From Octopus bimaculoides (lineage: Eukaryota), in the NCBI RefSeq assembly GCF_001194135.2, contig NC_068985.1, positions 94,065,385 to 94,129,384 on the forward strand: DNA of 64,000 nucleotides, written 5' to 3'. This document shows positions 26,194 through 39,524 of the stretch, in pieces. The translations under genes were made by a program, and so were the position numbers. Position 1 is the stretch's first letter, and each line of letters begins with the position of its first letter. The notes under the pieces are model-generated. The model saw only the letters and a list, made by a program, of their open reading frames with translations. It was not told the DNA's origin and searched no databases.

Positions 26194-28206
26194 CAGTTTT
26201 CGTCTACCAAGTTTACTCAGTAGAAGAGACACAGGAAAGTGAAACCGAGTGCTTACAGAGCATGCTTCTTTTCCACATAGCCATACGTGGTCGCCAAAAG
26301 CATTTGAGTAGTAATCGAGCTACTTCATCATATTAAGTTTGGTTCCTTTGATCAATTGAAAATTGCTTTGTAGTCGTAGAACAATTGGGTTGGTTTGGGG
26401 GAGATTTTACATTTTAATTTATTTTCAAAATATGCAATGATGAAGTGAGGAACTTTGAAATCACCGACTGAATGTGTATACAATCTATACAAATTCATAC
26501 TTTGCATAAATTGCATTCATTCCTTATAAATTGACGTAACTTCTCTACAGACTCATAGGCCTACGTTTGATAAACATAATTAAAGTCTCTCTGTTAAATC
26601 AAATTGATATTTTATATTTCAATATTAAAACCAATTTCGAAATTAATATGCGTGAATTATTTGACTCATTTTTCGTTAATATAATGTGCTGGCATTGCAA
26701 ATATGCTGATTCAAGATATGTTAAATCCTTGGTGACGTCCGATGAAAACAAATATCTGTACCACTCTATCATAACGTTTTCTTCCATGATTAATTGGCGA
26801 TATCTGCTGGAAATAATTAATTCCTTTTCGGTCAACAACCGCAAGAGAAACTGAACTAAACATAGCAAATCTATAACAATATACCCTTTGTTCTGTGACG
26901 GCTGTATCATTACCATTGAGCTGTTATCTATTTAAATTAGGATGCTAGGGGACATGTTACCTGTACATGGATGTTACGCATTATTTATAAGAAAAAGAAA
27001 ATTATACGTCGATGATATCTCAACAGGATGCTTCTTCTCGTTACATGGTACTATATCTCATTCTTTATCTAATTCTAACCATTGTTGTTTTCACACCATA
27101 ACTGATTTGAACACATTACTCACACAGCTGAAATTCACGAAATGAAAACAATGTCTGTCGCTATAATAGTTTCATATTTGAGTACGGGATTGGAAGAAAT
27201 TTTTGTGAGATTATTTCAATTATTAAACGACTGAAGATAAACAGGTGACACCTAATGTCTATGGTAATGGTTTATTATTAAAGTGTAGTATAAGTGCTAT
27301 TTAGCAATAGTGTTATAATTGCTTTTTATTCATATTATCTTTGTTCAGAAAAGTTTCAACTGCACAGTTGTTGAAATTAGCAATGAATTAACAATGAATT
27401 AACAACAATAAAATCTGATAAAAAATATAAAATTCTTGTTTATCAACTCGAATGGAAATTAATTTAAGAATTCTAATTGAGTGAGTTTATGCGAAGCACA
27501 TTTAAAATACATTAAGTTTGGATTAGAAATGCATTTCTTATCCCACGTACTCAGCATTGTGTTTTAACTTTAAATAAGCGGGTATGCAGTAATTGCGGCA
27601 GTTGTGGCTCAATTGTGTGTGTGTTGGTTGCATCATGACTCGAACTGGTTAACGCAACAGAGTTAACGACCTTTCAGCAGCATGGAGTGAATGCGCCCTA
27701 GTATATATTGAAAAGTTTATCCCTGGGTGAAAGAAATCCAGAAATCCCATGCCCCTCATTGCGAGATTTTGCTGTTGCTTGTTTCTAAACTACTTCCTTC
27801 TGCAGGTGAAAATATTAGAGCGGTCTAGTAGATGCCTTTGTCTTTAATATCAAGGAGAAGAGGATTTGTCAGTGATGATCGTACATGTCTACGAATTGAC
27901 AGCCACGTGATATGTATATATGAAGGAATGCATGCATGTATGAGATGCATTCGTATTTTGAATTATATTGAATGGTTAAAGAATATTGAATTTAATCACA
28001 GCTAATAAAGTACCATTTAACTTGCATTTCTTTGTTGATGCTCGCATTTCACACTGCAGAAATCATCAGGTGGGAATCCCTATTAGTTGTCATACCTCTT
28101 GTTTTCTAACCATCTTTGAGGATTTGTTCCACTTTTTTACACATCACCATCAAGGCTGTCAGCAATGCTATTTAACAACCAACAATAACACCACCATCCA
28201 CACTAC

Positions 28207-28944
28207 GGATCTATTTTAAAACGGGGGCCACAGTATTTTCTTAACGAAACACTTTGAAACTTGGAACACTGGTAGAATGTGTCATATAAAACATCTTTTT
28301 CTCTTAGTCTTCTTAAAAAAAAAGAAATCCCTAAGTTATTCCATGTTAAAGTTGTCGTATTTCTGTAATTTCAACCAATCACTAACGTCCATTCAGCCGA
28401 TATACATTAAGTGCCGACTACATAAAGAAACGATTCTGAAACAATTCTATCGGTGATAAAATTATTATTTCCTTGTCAAAAAATGGCTGAAGCATATTGG
28501 CAGTAGCTAATAAACCTTTCTATTATAGGCTAACCCTAACCCTAACCCTAACCTTAACCCTAGAGTTAGGGTTAGGGTTAGGGTTAGGGTAAAACAGCAA
28601 ATTTAAAAAGAAAAAAGCAAATAAAACGAAGAAGAAAAAAAAGAAAATGAAAAAAGCAAATTTAAAATGAAAAAAGCAAATAAAACGAAGCTATGGAGAT
28701 TAAATACGCTTTACACCGCTTAATCAGCCAAAGGAGTAAATATAAACAACTGAATACTTGTCAGTGATTGGTTGAAATTATCGAAATAAGACAATTTTTT
28801 ACATGAAATAAATTGGAATACAAAAATGTTTTTCTGTTCTATAACACAAAATAGATAGGAATACGAAGTTTGAAAGTCTTTCGGTGCCAAAAACACTACG
28901 TAAAACATTAATGAAAACTGTGACCCCCGTTTTAAAATAGATTC
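28207..28944. mobile_element. Non-autonomous foldback DNA transposon with long imperfect TIRs and an internal telomeric hairpin
   Basis: Termini GGATCTATTTTAAAACGGGGGCCACAGT and the reverse complement GAATCTATTTTAAAACGGGGGTCACAGT. Inverted similarity continues about 190 bp (ttattccatg...taatttcaaccaatcact). Direct repeat CACACTAC at 28199-28206 and 28945-28952. Confidence 0.9.
28531..28590. repeat. Interstitial telomeric repeats in inverted arrangement, (TAACCC)5-TAGAG-(TTAGGG)4
   Basis: Direct reading; one variant unit (TAACCT). Confidence 0.95.
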
Positions 28945-29039
28945 CACACTACTGCTACTTGAAATCTTTATGCATTTGCTCAACCAGCTAGAAATAATAG
29001 CTACCTCCAGCTGAAATGAAATCCTTGTTACTCATGAAA

Positions 29040-29199
29040 CAAGCAAGCGTATGCGATGTAGTCATAAAACACGACATGGTTCCGGTTTTACAGTTGAAAC
29101 ACGTTTTATCATAGATCTCGATCTGGACAATATCTGGGGTTTAAATAACAACACATACTATATCGAAAACTAGAGCTGGTGCTGCTGCTACTACTACTT

Positions 29200-29238
<39 letters not shown>

Positions 29239-29300
29239 TGCCGCACGATATTCAACAGTAACTAACTGAGACCACTACCAAGTGTTTCAACATGAGTTGT
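29040..29300. repeat. Unclassified repeat with a central (CTA)n tract, possibly Penelope-related
   Basis: (CTA)n at about 29190-29238. ataaaac/gttttat inverted pair around gaaacacgt. gttgaaacac occurs inverted on both sides of the tract. Confidence 0.35.
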
Positions 29301-32092
29301 TTAAACGGAATGCAATTTACTGCTAGAAAACAATACGCCTAACAAATTTATATAAATGCATGGAATTTCCCAATACGCCCTTTATATATTCGTTTTATAT
29401 ATTTTCATCAGTTCAATCATTCATGGAAATAATACATTCTTCCTCTCCTGATGTTGCTTTCACATATGTACCAAGTATTTCAAAAGTGTCGTTATTTCGT
29501 TATTCTTTTATCTATTTCTAAAAACAAAGTTACAGACTCGTTCGCATTAACTTCCCTGCTGTAGCGATTTTGCTTCAAGCTATAATAGCAATGATATCTG
29601 AATCGATAAAGCCATTGAGTGCATTTATTCAGTTTTAACTTAAAATAACTGAACTCAGAGGAAAGTAAACTTTTGATAATAGCCGAACTTCAATAAAGTA
29701 CATTATTTCGAAATGAGGACAGAAGGATTCTTCTGTAACTAATCAACAGAAATATAGCATCGATTTAATGCAAAAAAAGGGAAGATGATATACAACCGGT
29801 TCTTACATTTGTATATAACTAAATAACGATAGGGAAGGCGGGAGTGATGTTACATTAATACAATACTTGAAAGAGAATTATTTTGTATACTTCGGAAGAA
29901 TCCAATGTCGATAACGGCTACATAGAGGTAAGCGAGGATGTAGCGTCATTTAACATAACACACACACTACGTGACTGATATTCTTTACAAAATAACTTGA
30001 TATATTGCTTTAAATTTTATCACAAGACCAGCAATTTAGAGAGAGGGTCAATCGGCTACAACGACAACAGTGCTCGACTGGTACTTTTTTATTGACTCCG
30101 TAACGTTGAATGGTGAAGTTATCTTGGCAGAATTTGAAGTCAGGTTATGAAAACAGACAACATCAAGTATTATGCATCAGGTGCTAACGATTCTGTCTTA
30201 TTTTTATTAAATATATCTGACATGCGTTTTCGAATGTGAACAAGATTTCGTGCAAGGGAATCCAGTTTTTTCCCCATATTAGACAACAGACCCTATTTTG
30301 CGTTCTGCCAGTCAAACTTTAACCAGAAGGATAAACTTACTTTGTAATATTTTCACCCAGCTACTTGCTACGATCCTTGATGTGTTCTAGAGTTAGATAT
30401 TACTAACAAGTCATTCATTTGCACATCTACAAGACCTATTTCCGCCTTTTCTTGTTTTCTACTCACAACTAAACCGATAAAAGTTCCTTAAAACTACTTC
30501 ATGGTCTGCACATATTCCAAAAGAACTGGAAATTTGGAAACTTACCAAAGGGAACGTCCATGTCTAATAAACCATGCATTCAAACGAAATGACAAAAATA
30601 AGTCACATTAATGCTATCCTAGCTACAGATTCTACACTTTTTACACAGATATTGGTATCTATCCGAGGCAATGAAAAACGATATTACATATGTATAATTT
30701 GTAATTTTATATAGCAAACATATATTTACAGAATGTTGCTGGAGTAACTATTTATGTTCCATTTAACAAAAAAGACTTAGATATACTACATGACTAGCTG
30801 AAGATGATATCGTATAAGCAAAATCGGAAATATTATATGTTATTCTGAGATTCATCAATTCAGTATCATCGTTTATTGATATTGAACAAATTTGATCAAT
30901 GCAGCACATATTTATCGTTATATCTAATGATATACTGATAGCTGAGGAAACTAGATTTTCGCATGTCTGTTAGAATAACTGATATTATGAGTATGCAGAA
31001 ACACGAAGTATAACTGTATGAATGTAGAATAGGCCATCGTGGATATATTTATTGTTTAAACGTGCAATGATTTACTGACGTTGCTGGAATAAGATTAATA
31101 ATTTGTGTAATTCCGTCGGATATTCTTGTTTTGTCGCAATATATTCCACGAACGTATGTTTCGCAATGTTTCGTATCACTTATCTGCAACAATATTGAGC
31201 AGTTCTCATTCTCAATAACTAAGCTTATTTGAAGATGTAAGAAATCAACTAAATAGAGAGAATCCGTGGTTAATTCTGTTGAAACGATGGGAGATATCGA
31301 CACAACTTTCTGTTATTCGGAATTTATTGTTGAAGATAAGCAGTAAAGTTAACACGACATTATTCTGAAAATATAGATTCAGTTTCATCGTTTGCGCGCA
31401 CACACACGTCAAACACAGAAACAAACACACAAATACACATATACATATATATATATTAATAAATGTACATACGTAAATATATACATACATATATATATAT
31501 ATANNNNNNNNNNNNNNNNNNNNNNNNNNNNNNNNNNNNNNNNNNNNNNNNNNNNNNNNNNNNNNNNNNNNNNNNNNNNNNNNNNNNNNNNNNNNNNNNN
31601 NNNNNNNNNNNNNNNNNNNNNNNNNNNNNNNNNNNNNNNNNNNNNNNNNNNNNNNNNNNNNNNNNNNNNNNNNNNNNNNNNNNNNNNNNNNNNNNNNNNN
31701 NNNNNNNNNNNNNNNNNNNNNNNNNNNNNNNNNNNNNNNNNNNNNNNNNNNNNNNNNNNNNNNNNNNNNNNNNNNNNNNNNNNNNNNNNNNNNNNNNNNN
31801 NNNNNNNNNNNNNNNNNNNNNNNNNNNNNNNNNNNNNNNNNNNNNNNNNNNNNNNNNNNNNNNNNNNNNNNNNNNNNNNNNNNNNNNNNNNNNNNNNNNN
31901 NNNNNNNNNNNNNNNNNNNNNNNNNNNNNNNNNNNNNNNNNNNNNNNNNNNNNNNNNNNNNNNNNNNNNNNNNNNNNNNNNNNNNNNNNNNNNNNNNNNN
32001 NNNNNNNNNNNNNNNNNNNNNNTGGCTATCTTGCAACTCAATGGTATATATGGGCTGGGGTAAAAAATGGTTTACTCTTGATTTATACGGGG

Positions 32093-32938
32093 AATAAGAA
32101 AGTAGAGAGGGTACAAAAAGGGCATACATCAGCCGGTAAACATTCCAGTATGTCTATTTAAGATGAATGCAAACTCATTTATTAGTAGTATAGCGTATCA
32201 ACTATAAACATGTGGTGATTGCAAGAACAAGGGTATGGAAGCATATAAGCATATAGGAACAGGTGAGCAGATTGTCAGTGGGTGTTAGTTCCTTACTGTC
32301 CTTTCTGCTAAGAGGCAACGGTTGTCTGCTAAGAGGCAAAGGTTCAGGTTGTCTCAAGCACTTCAGTGTTATATAGGGATGAACAGGTAAGACTTGGCTA
32401 ATGAATGTGCCTCTAGGCTTCTTCAGAGGGTCTAAGTGGTTGGGAGGGTTAACGCATATAAAAACAGTTAATAATAGCTCATAATAATAGCTACAGTGTG
32501 TTTGTCGTTTTTAAAAAGAGTAGAAAAAGAATAAGAGTAAGAACAAGAACAAACATGAGGATGTGAGTGAAATACATCTTTGTATATTAAGATATACTTC
32601 ATTATCCAAGTCTTATCTTCTCATCCCTACATAAAACACTGAAGTGATGGAGACAACCTGAACGATTTCGTTGCCTCTTAGCAGAAACGGCCGTAAGGAA
32701 CCAACACCTACGGACAATCTGCTCATTTGCTCATGTACTCATTCAGTCACCTGTTCCTATATGATTATATGCTTCCACACCCTTGTTCTTGCAATTACCG
32801 ATGCTTGATATTTGATATGCTGTACGAATAATAAATGAGTTTGTTCTCTTCTAATACATTCTAATAAATTGGAATAAATAGACATACTGGAATGTTTACC
32901 GGCTGATCTCCATTTTGTATCCTCTCCACTTTCTTATT
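32093..32938. repeat. Long imperfect inverted repeat (arms 32093-32405 and 32598-32938)
   Basis: cagccggtaaacattccagtatgtctattta, ttgcaagaacaagggt, ctgctaagaggcaac and cacttcagtgtt in the left arm all recur as reverse complements in the right arm. Spacer about 190 bp. No TSD found. Confidence 0.9.
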
Positions 32939-33498
32939 TGTTATACACATATACATATATACATATATATATGTGTGTGTGTGTATGTGTGTGTGTGCGC
33001 GCGAGTAAATATATATATGTCGTCAGAAATGATAGAGATATTAATTTCTAACTTTGACAAAAGATGACAAAAAGTGATAATGAAGCGAATCAGTTTTATC
33101 ACATAAGATGACGTTAATGGCATTGACCATTAGAAAATCTATATATTGGTCACTGAAAAAAGGAACTGCGAATAATAACTGTGAGCCGTCTGCAGTTTTA
33201 TTCGAGAAAGCAGAACTGGAAATGAAAGATTCGCTTCATTAAAGGGAAGTTGTATATTTTGTTAGGTTTGAAAATTAGTGTACAGTCCTCTAGAATATTC
33301 GAAAGCAAATATTCTTTAGGAATTCCGTTCTTATTAGAATATATTAGTTAAAATCATTTATGAAATATATGTACACACACACACATACACAAGCACAAAT
33401 ATATGCATGAATGCTTACATATCTATATGTGTTTAGGTGTTTGCTTGTGTATATGTCTGTGTGTATGTATGTTATTTCCATTTTTATGCGTAAACGTA

Positions 33499-33543
<45 letters not shown>

Positions 33544-33545
<2 letters not shown>

Positions 33546-33743
33546 TATCAAACGGACAGCAGAACTCGAGGCAATTCAGAGGCATTATACAAACAAGATC
33601 GCCACAGTCCAGCAGATGAACTACAGGGAGCGACTGCAGGCACTAGGTCTCTACTCCCTGGAACACAGGCGGGAGAGATATGTAATAATATACATATGGA
33701 AAATACTGGAGGTACTAGTGCCGAACGTTGGCATTAAGTGCTA
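33544..33743 (+). mobile_element. CR1/L2-group LINE, RT C-terminal fragment
   Basis: Uninterrupted frame SIKRTAELEAIQRHYTNKIATVQQMNYRERLQALGLYSLEHRRERYVIIYIWKILEVLVPN, matching the LE.VQR..T...Y.ERL..L.LYSLE.RRERY pattern. Starts at the end of a (TA)n tract and runs into a gap. Confidence 0.9.
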
Positions 33744-35136
33744 NNNNNNNNNNNNNNNNNNNNNNNNNNNNNNNNNNNNNNNNNNNNNNNNNNNNNNNNN
33801 NNNNNNNNNNNNNNNNNNNNNNNNNNNNNNNNNNNNNNNNNNNNNNNNNNNNNNNNNNNNNNNNNNNNNNNNNNNNNNNNNNNNNNNNNNNNNNNNNNNN
33901 NNNNNNNNNNNNNNNNNNNNNNNNNNNNNNNNNNNNNNNNNNNNNNNNNNNNNNNNNNNNNNNNNNNNNNNNNNNNNNNNNNNNNNNNNNNNNNNNNNNN
34001 NNNNNNNNNNNNNNNNNNNNNNNNNNNNNNNNNNNNNNNNNNNNNNNNNNNNNNNNNNNNNNNNNNNNNNNNNNNNNNNNNNNNNNNNNNNNNNNNNNNN
34101 NNNNNNNNNNNNNNNNNNNNNNNNNNNNNNNNNNNNNNNNNNNNNNNNNNNNNNNNNNNNNNNNNNNNNNNNNNNNNNNNNNNNNNNNNNNNNNNNNNNN
34201 NNNNNNNNNNNNNNNNNNNNNTATATATATATATATATATGCATAGGCTCTTCTGAATATTATATAGAACTAAACCTGAGAAAGAAGAATGTCACAAAAG
34301 CAAACAACGTTTACATTCATCTCACCAAATAAAATTGGGGATACATTTTCTAGAGTCTGGACTTCATTCTCTTATAAAAGCAGAAACCTGTTAATTTAGG
34401 ACACAAGCGACGAAGAAAGACGATCGAATTTTACCTCCCTTGTTTCGATAATGTCATAAGCGATATACGTACAACAATAACAATACCGACGCCAAAATAC
34501 GGCAGTCTCACAACAAACCTGGGGAGACATTTTCTGGAATCAGAAAACCTTCCTCTTTTGAAAATAGAATTCTATCACATTAAATCAAAATCGATAAAAG
34601 ATTACAAACCAAAGTTATATTGCTTGTCTTCGAAAAGTCATAAACGAAATATCTTCTTATTCATTAATCAACACATGGTTTCAGATATGAGAAAATTACC
34701 AAAATTTGTGGTTGAAGATCAGCTTAAACCGGATCCTGGTCAGTTAAAGATGATTTATTTTCTTCCAGTGCAAATCCTCTTTTAGTCACAAAATACACAA
34801 AAAATGTATACATTAAAATCCGTTGGGATACAAAAGACTGGAAAAATCGAAGTGGCACGTTATCCATTATTTTACCTTCTTTCCTTGTCCCTTGTGTTAC
34901 ATCTGTCAAACTTACTTCACGATAGCCGCTCCATTATATTTCGAGTTAAACTTTATGAAAAGATTCATTCTGTGAAAACGTAGTTTTATATTGTTTATTT
35001 TCATATGTATACATACGTAGAATAAAACAATTTTCCCCGCATGTTAAAACATTAAACTCGGTTGAATTACACAAAAAATAATGGTGTATATAAAAATTGA
35101 CGTATTTCAAATCTTTCCAAAGTATTTTTCCTTTTA

Positions 35137-35177
<41 letters not shown>

Positions 35178-35783
35178 GAAATATATTTCGTAGACACACA
35201 TACACAGAGACAGACTCACATAGGTACATGCATACATACATAAACACACACACATATTTATAAAGGAATAGAGGTAATAGAAAGAAAGATGTAGTGAGGG
35301 AGAGAGAATGATGAACGGATAAATAAGTTTCATATATGACGAGGAAATCTTAGTATGTTAATGCATATCCTAAGTATAATGGCTCTTGCATCTAATTTAC
35401 GTTGTCAAATAGTGAAATCTCCTGCGGAAAATGTGTGCAGCACCATTAATGTGGAGCAAATGTTTTAAAAGTTATTATGACAACGGTTCGGTTTCTAAAC
35501 ACCTACTTTTGCAATTTCGGAAACATTCTTTACAACATTGTATCCTTGAGATACCATACCATAGTTGCATGTCTATGTATGTAAATGTCTTTATTCAAAG
35601 TTATTCAAAGTATGTTAAGTGTGTGTGTATATATGTATGTANNNNNNNNNNNNNNNNNNNNNNNNNNNNNNNNNNNNNNNNNNNNNNNNNNNNNNNNNNN
35701 NNNNNNNNNNNNNNNNNNNNNNNNNNNNNNNNNNNNNNNNNNNNNNNNNNNNNNNNNNNNNNNNNNNNNNNNNNNNNNNNNNN

Positions 35784-35818
<35 letters not shown>

Positions 35819-37334
35819 TTGGTTATATTGTACAGTGTTTAAACATATTTCTTATTTGTGAATTCAAAATCCTTTTGGATGTCATAGCTTCCTATAACAG
35901 GAAATGGTTTTAGGATGAGATATTCTGTCAGACAGTAGCTTTATTAATACATCCATTATCACAAGATTGGTGTTTATTTTTGTCTGAGTCACGTTATGGA
36001 CTACCAATAGCTGTCATTCATTCATTGACTTACATTAAAATCGTATTAACTCCCATCATGAATGACAAGATTATAACACTTATGATCTTTAAGTGTTATA
36101 TAAAAGTTATATTGAGCGTCAAATGATCTTATAAACATTTTGGAAAAGTGACTCCAGCTAAGTATAAAGCAATGTATATATCGACACTGCTTGTTATGAT
36201 ATAGAAACTACGTCACATCTGTTTCTCTTTTCAATTTTCACTCCAGTCACTTTTATCTACGACTTCAATGAGAATTAACCTTCATAGCAGTAAAGAGATA
36301 TGCTGTTTTGTTATGAATTCGTTCTCCACATACTCGATGGAAACTTTGTATACTTCAGAATATGAAATTCCTTCACGATATTCGATACGGATATTCCTTC
36401 ATTTAAAACCCAACTGAATACGGAGACTGCATTTCTTATTCTAGTTGTTGGTATGATTTCAATCCACCTCAGAATCTCTGTGTTTATTACTAAATGATCA
36501 GATTATAATTTACAGCTGTTTGTTACAAGATAACAACATTACTGATGGCTTTGATCACTCATCTCCTTTGAAAGTACTTTCTTTGTTCTTATCAATATCT
36601 AACACAAATGCTTATTCAGTTCTAAACATTAGAGATAATCTTGCTGAATGCTTTTATTTTGTCGTAAATGTTAAAGAGAAAAAGGAGAAAAAAATGTAAA
36701 GCATTTTCTAATTGAACGTTATTTTATTCATCATATGGCGATCAGCGTATTGAATAACTCTCACTCCAGTATGGCGGATATATCTAAATGCTTCTAATGA
36801 TAGAAAATATTTATCAAAGAACACAACTACTTTCAGCTGAATGTTAGTGCAAATCTATTGTCATAAAATTATTACAAAGTTGAACAAAAGAGCGAAGTCT
36901 TATAGGAGGAAGGCAGAAGAGGAAAAAAATCCTGCTTAGTTGCTTAGTGCCAAAAGTTCTGCAAAATATAGCGGATAATATCTCTTAGAAAAGAATGTTT
37001 TCTCTTTGAAGTATCATAAGTGATGTAGTAAATTTATTACGGAAGTATATATATTACTCAATGATCGTTCGCTTAATCTTAAAAAGGCTAAAAGAGCTAT
37101 TTCATATGAACAATGTAAGATAATGATGAAGTGAAATAGCATCTTGACTAAATTCTGCGAATTGGTATACTGGCGTAAGGAAAATCGAGAATTGTGAAGT
37201 GAACATAGCTTGTATGCTCATATATGTGTAGAGGCCAGTAAATAAGTAATGAGACGTTTTCTGGTGGTAAAAAACAATGAGTGCAAGTTATTTAGAAGGT
37301 TTTCTGTCACTCCCAAGTACAGATGTCGTTTAAT

Positions 37335-37548
37335 ATTGCTTTCAAATTTTGGCACTAGCCCGGCAATTTTGGGTGTGGGTATTAGTTGATTACATCGATG
37401 CCAGTATTCAATGGTATATATTTTATTAACTCCTAAAAGATAAAAGGCGAAGTCGATCTTGGCGTAATGTCCACTTAGAACGCAAAGACTTTCAAAATGC
37501 CGCATAGCATTTTGCCCGGCATGGTTAACGATTCTGTCATCTCACTGA
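37335..37548 (-). mobile_element. SINE family A
   Basis: Colinear with the 57830 copy from tail to head. Confidence 0.8.
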
Positions 37549-37895
37549 TTTACTCAGAACATTAATAGTATTTTTTTAAAATTTTTATATGGATACACAT
37601 GCATTTAATGAGGTGAATTATAAGAAAACTGCGCATTCTGTTCTTAGCTGTAACGCATATTTTCTATCTTCTAATATGAAATATTAAAACTTAAATATTC
37701 AGAATAAAAGTGATAGTATGTATGTTCTAAATTGTAGGACATTGTTTTCCATCTAACTGCATCTTTTCAAAGGAACAAACACTACTCATTGCACTTTTTC
37801 TGGTGCATATTAATTAACACTTCACCAAAAATTACTGCTGCTAGTTGAAAGTGCAATGTGATATCAGTTTAATTAAAATCATTATATAACCGCAG

Positions 37896-38081
37896 ACATC
37901 ATTGTGTGGTAAGATGTTTACCACATCCCTACGCATTCAATCCCACAGTGTTTACGTCCCTGCAACGTAGCGGTTCGGCAAATGTGACCGATAGAATAAG
38001 TACTAGCATAGAACGTAACGGCAGACGAAATACCGCTAGCATCTCGCCCGGCGTGCTAACGTTTCTGCCAGCTCGCCGCCT
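37896..38081. mobile_element. Composite: internally deleted family C pieces (+) fused to a family A head (-)
   Basis: tgtgtggtaag...gtgtttacgtccc...gcggttcggcaaa...gatagaataagtac, followed by gacgaaataccgctagcatctcgcccggcgtgctaacg...ctcgccgcc. Confidence 0.7.
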
Positions 38082-39346
38082 TACACGTAAAACGCATTAA
38101 TAAAATAATGAGAGGAAGCTTGACGAAATGACAGAGTATAAGAGAAATAAGGTAAAACAATTAGAAAAATACCTAAACCCGCTCCTGTATAACAAATGCT
38201 GTTGCTTACATTTCGCCTACCTAAGACAGTATCTATAATTATGTATAGATATCCATTTCACAAAATTATCGTCTTTATCAGTGTGGCAAATTAAGACATT
38301 GTACGATCGTTATGTCAGTTTATATTGCTGGTTTAAATTCAGACAACATCTGTCCCAAGTTGAAACCAATTCCAGTTTGCATTGAACTTCTTGCAAGTTG
38401 GAAGACAGAAGCTAATTAATTACAGATTCTTCTAGAAATCTACTACGACTGTTGTCACATACATTGTGTTGTTAACCCCCAAAACTGTCTGTAATCTTTG
38501 GCATTGTTCTTCATACTGAACGCTCTATGAATGACATTGCTGAACATTGTTTTAACTGTCAATAATTTCGCCAACAGATTATCTAATTCATGTTTAAAGA
38601 AAGAAAACTTATATTTCGAATCATTTAAACAATTTACAGTTATGAATATTAGCGACACTAGAATTTTGACACTCAAAATTCGTCTTATCCATAGAAGAGA
38701 ATTTGTCGTGAAGCTTCAAAGAGATATAATTGGTTAGAATTTCTTTTTTACTCAAACCTCGTTAGATAATGTTTTACGATCAACAATGTAAATATTTCTT
38801 TTTTTAAAGTGAATCACTAAACTAATACATATTGCCATCTCGATTACATCCGATACAGACAACCCACCGCACACTTAAAAACACCTATATGACAAGGAGG
38901 TGTACATGGTAGTGCAACAGAAGTTCGCTTGAAAGAAAAATAACGCAAAAATAATAATTGTGTTTGTAATTATAATAATAAATATTATTTAATTGCATAA
39001 TTATCATCAGTATTATCTAATTATGAATGTTATTATCTAATTAGAACACCATGAATTACATATTAAATTTGTTTGCTCGATTCTTGTTGTCATTTACAAT
39101 GCAATACATTTTTTTAAAATTGTTAGAAAAATTTCATGAGATAATTTTGTTCTCAAGCTAAAAAAATACTCATATTTATATTTAAAGAAAAATAGAGAAA
39201 TCCCCTTGGTAACAAAAGTACACATTGCCTTCATTATCTAGTTGTTTTACGTCATTTAGTAAATTGCTATAATTAAAACTCAATTCCAAAGTGTTTTAAA
39301 TCTTGGTAGTTTGTCAACAAATGTTTATCAAAACAATGCACAATGA

Positions 39347-39486
39347 TATTTACATTATTTACATTTATCGGATATTCGTCCTCATCTTGTTTATTGATTA
39401 CACAACGTTTCGGCTGACATACCCTCCAGCCTTCATCAGGTGTCTTGGGGAAATTTCGAACCTCGATTCCTAAGGTAATTCCCCGA

Positions 39487-39524
<38 letters not shown>

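Larger units (their letters stand above)
25690..26290 (-). mobile_element. SINE family C, decayed, interrupted at its central (TA)n
   Basis: The 3'-half block ggtggtgcaacaaacacaaat(at)n occurs twice; the 5'-half block cagttttcgtctaccaag follows the second copy. Confidence 0.6.

Noticed and set aside
26567-26916. Overlapping antiparallel ORFs of 95 and 105 aa
   Set aside because: Low-complexity AT-rich codons, no recognisable motif and no convincing splice pair.
28229-28234. CACAGT in the TIRs as an RSS-heptamer / Transib-RAG signature
   Set aside because: It is about 22 bp inside the terminus rather than at the end, and the TSD is 7-9 bp, not 5 bp.
28531-28590. Relic of a chromosome end-to-end fusion
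   Set aside because: Fusions give (TTAGGG)n-(CCCTAA)n. Here the order is reversed and the array sits inside a TSD-flanked element.
605-30564. 18-46 nt micro-exon candidates on the minus strand (605-623, 19601-19620, 30341-30386, about 30546-30563)
   Set aside because: GTAAGT is expected roughly 20 times per strand at this base composition and a nearby T-rich AG is almost guaranteed. The phases do not chain into a coherent ORF.
32668-32702. Hammerhead in the inverted-repeat arm (GTTGCCT-CTTAGCA-GAAAC-GGCC-GTA-AGGAAC)
   Set aside because: Stems I and III look plausible, but G5 and G8 are absent and there is no stem II, so it is not supportable as a ribozyme.
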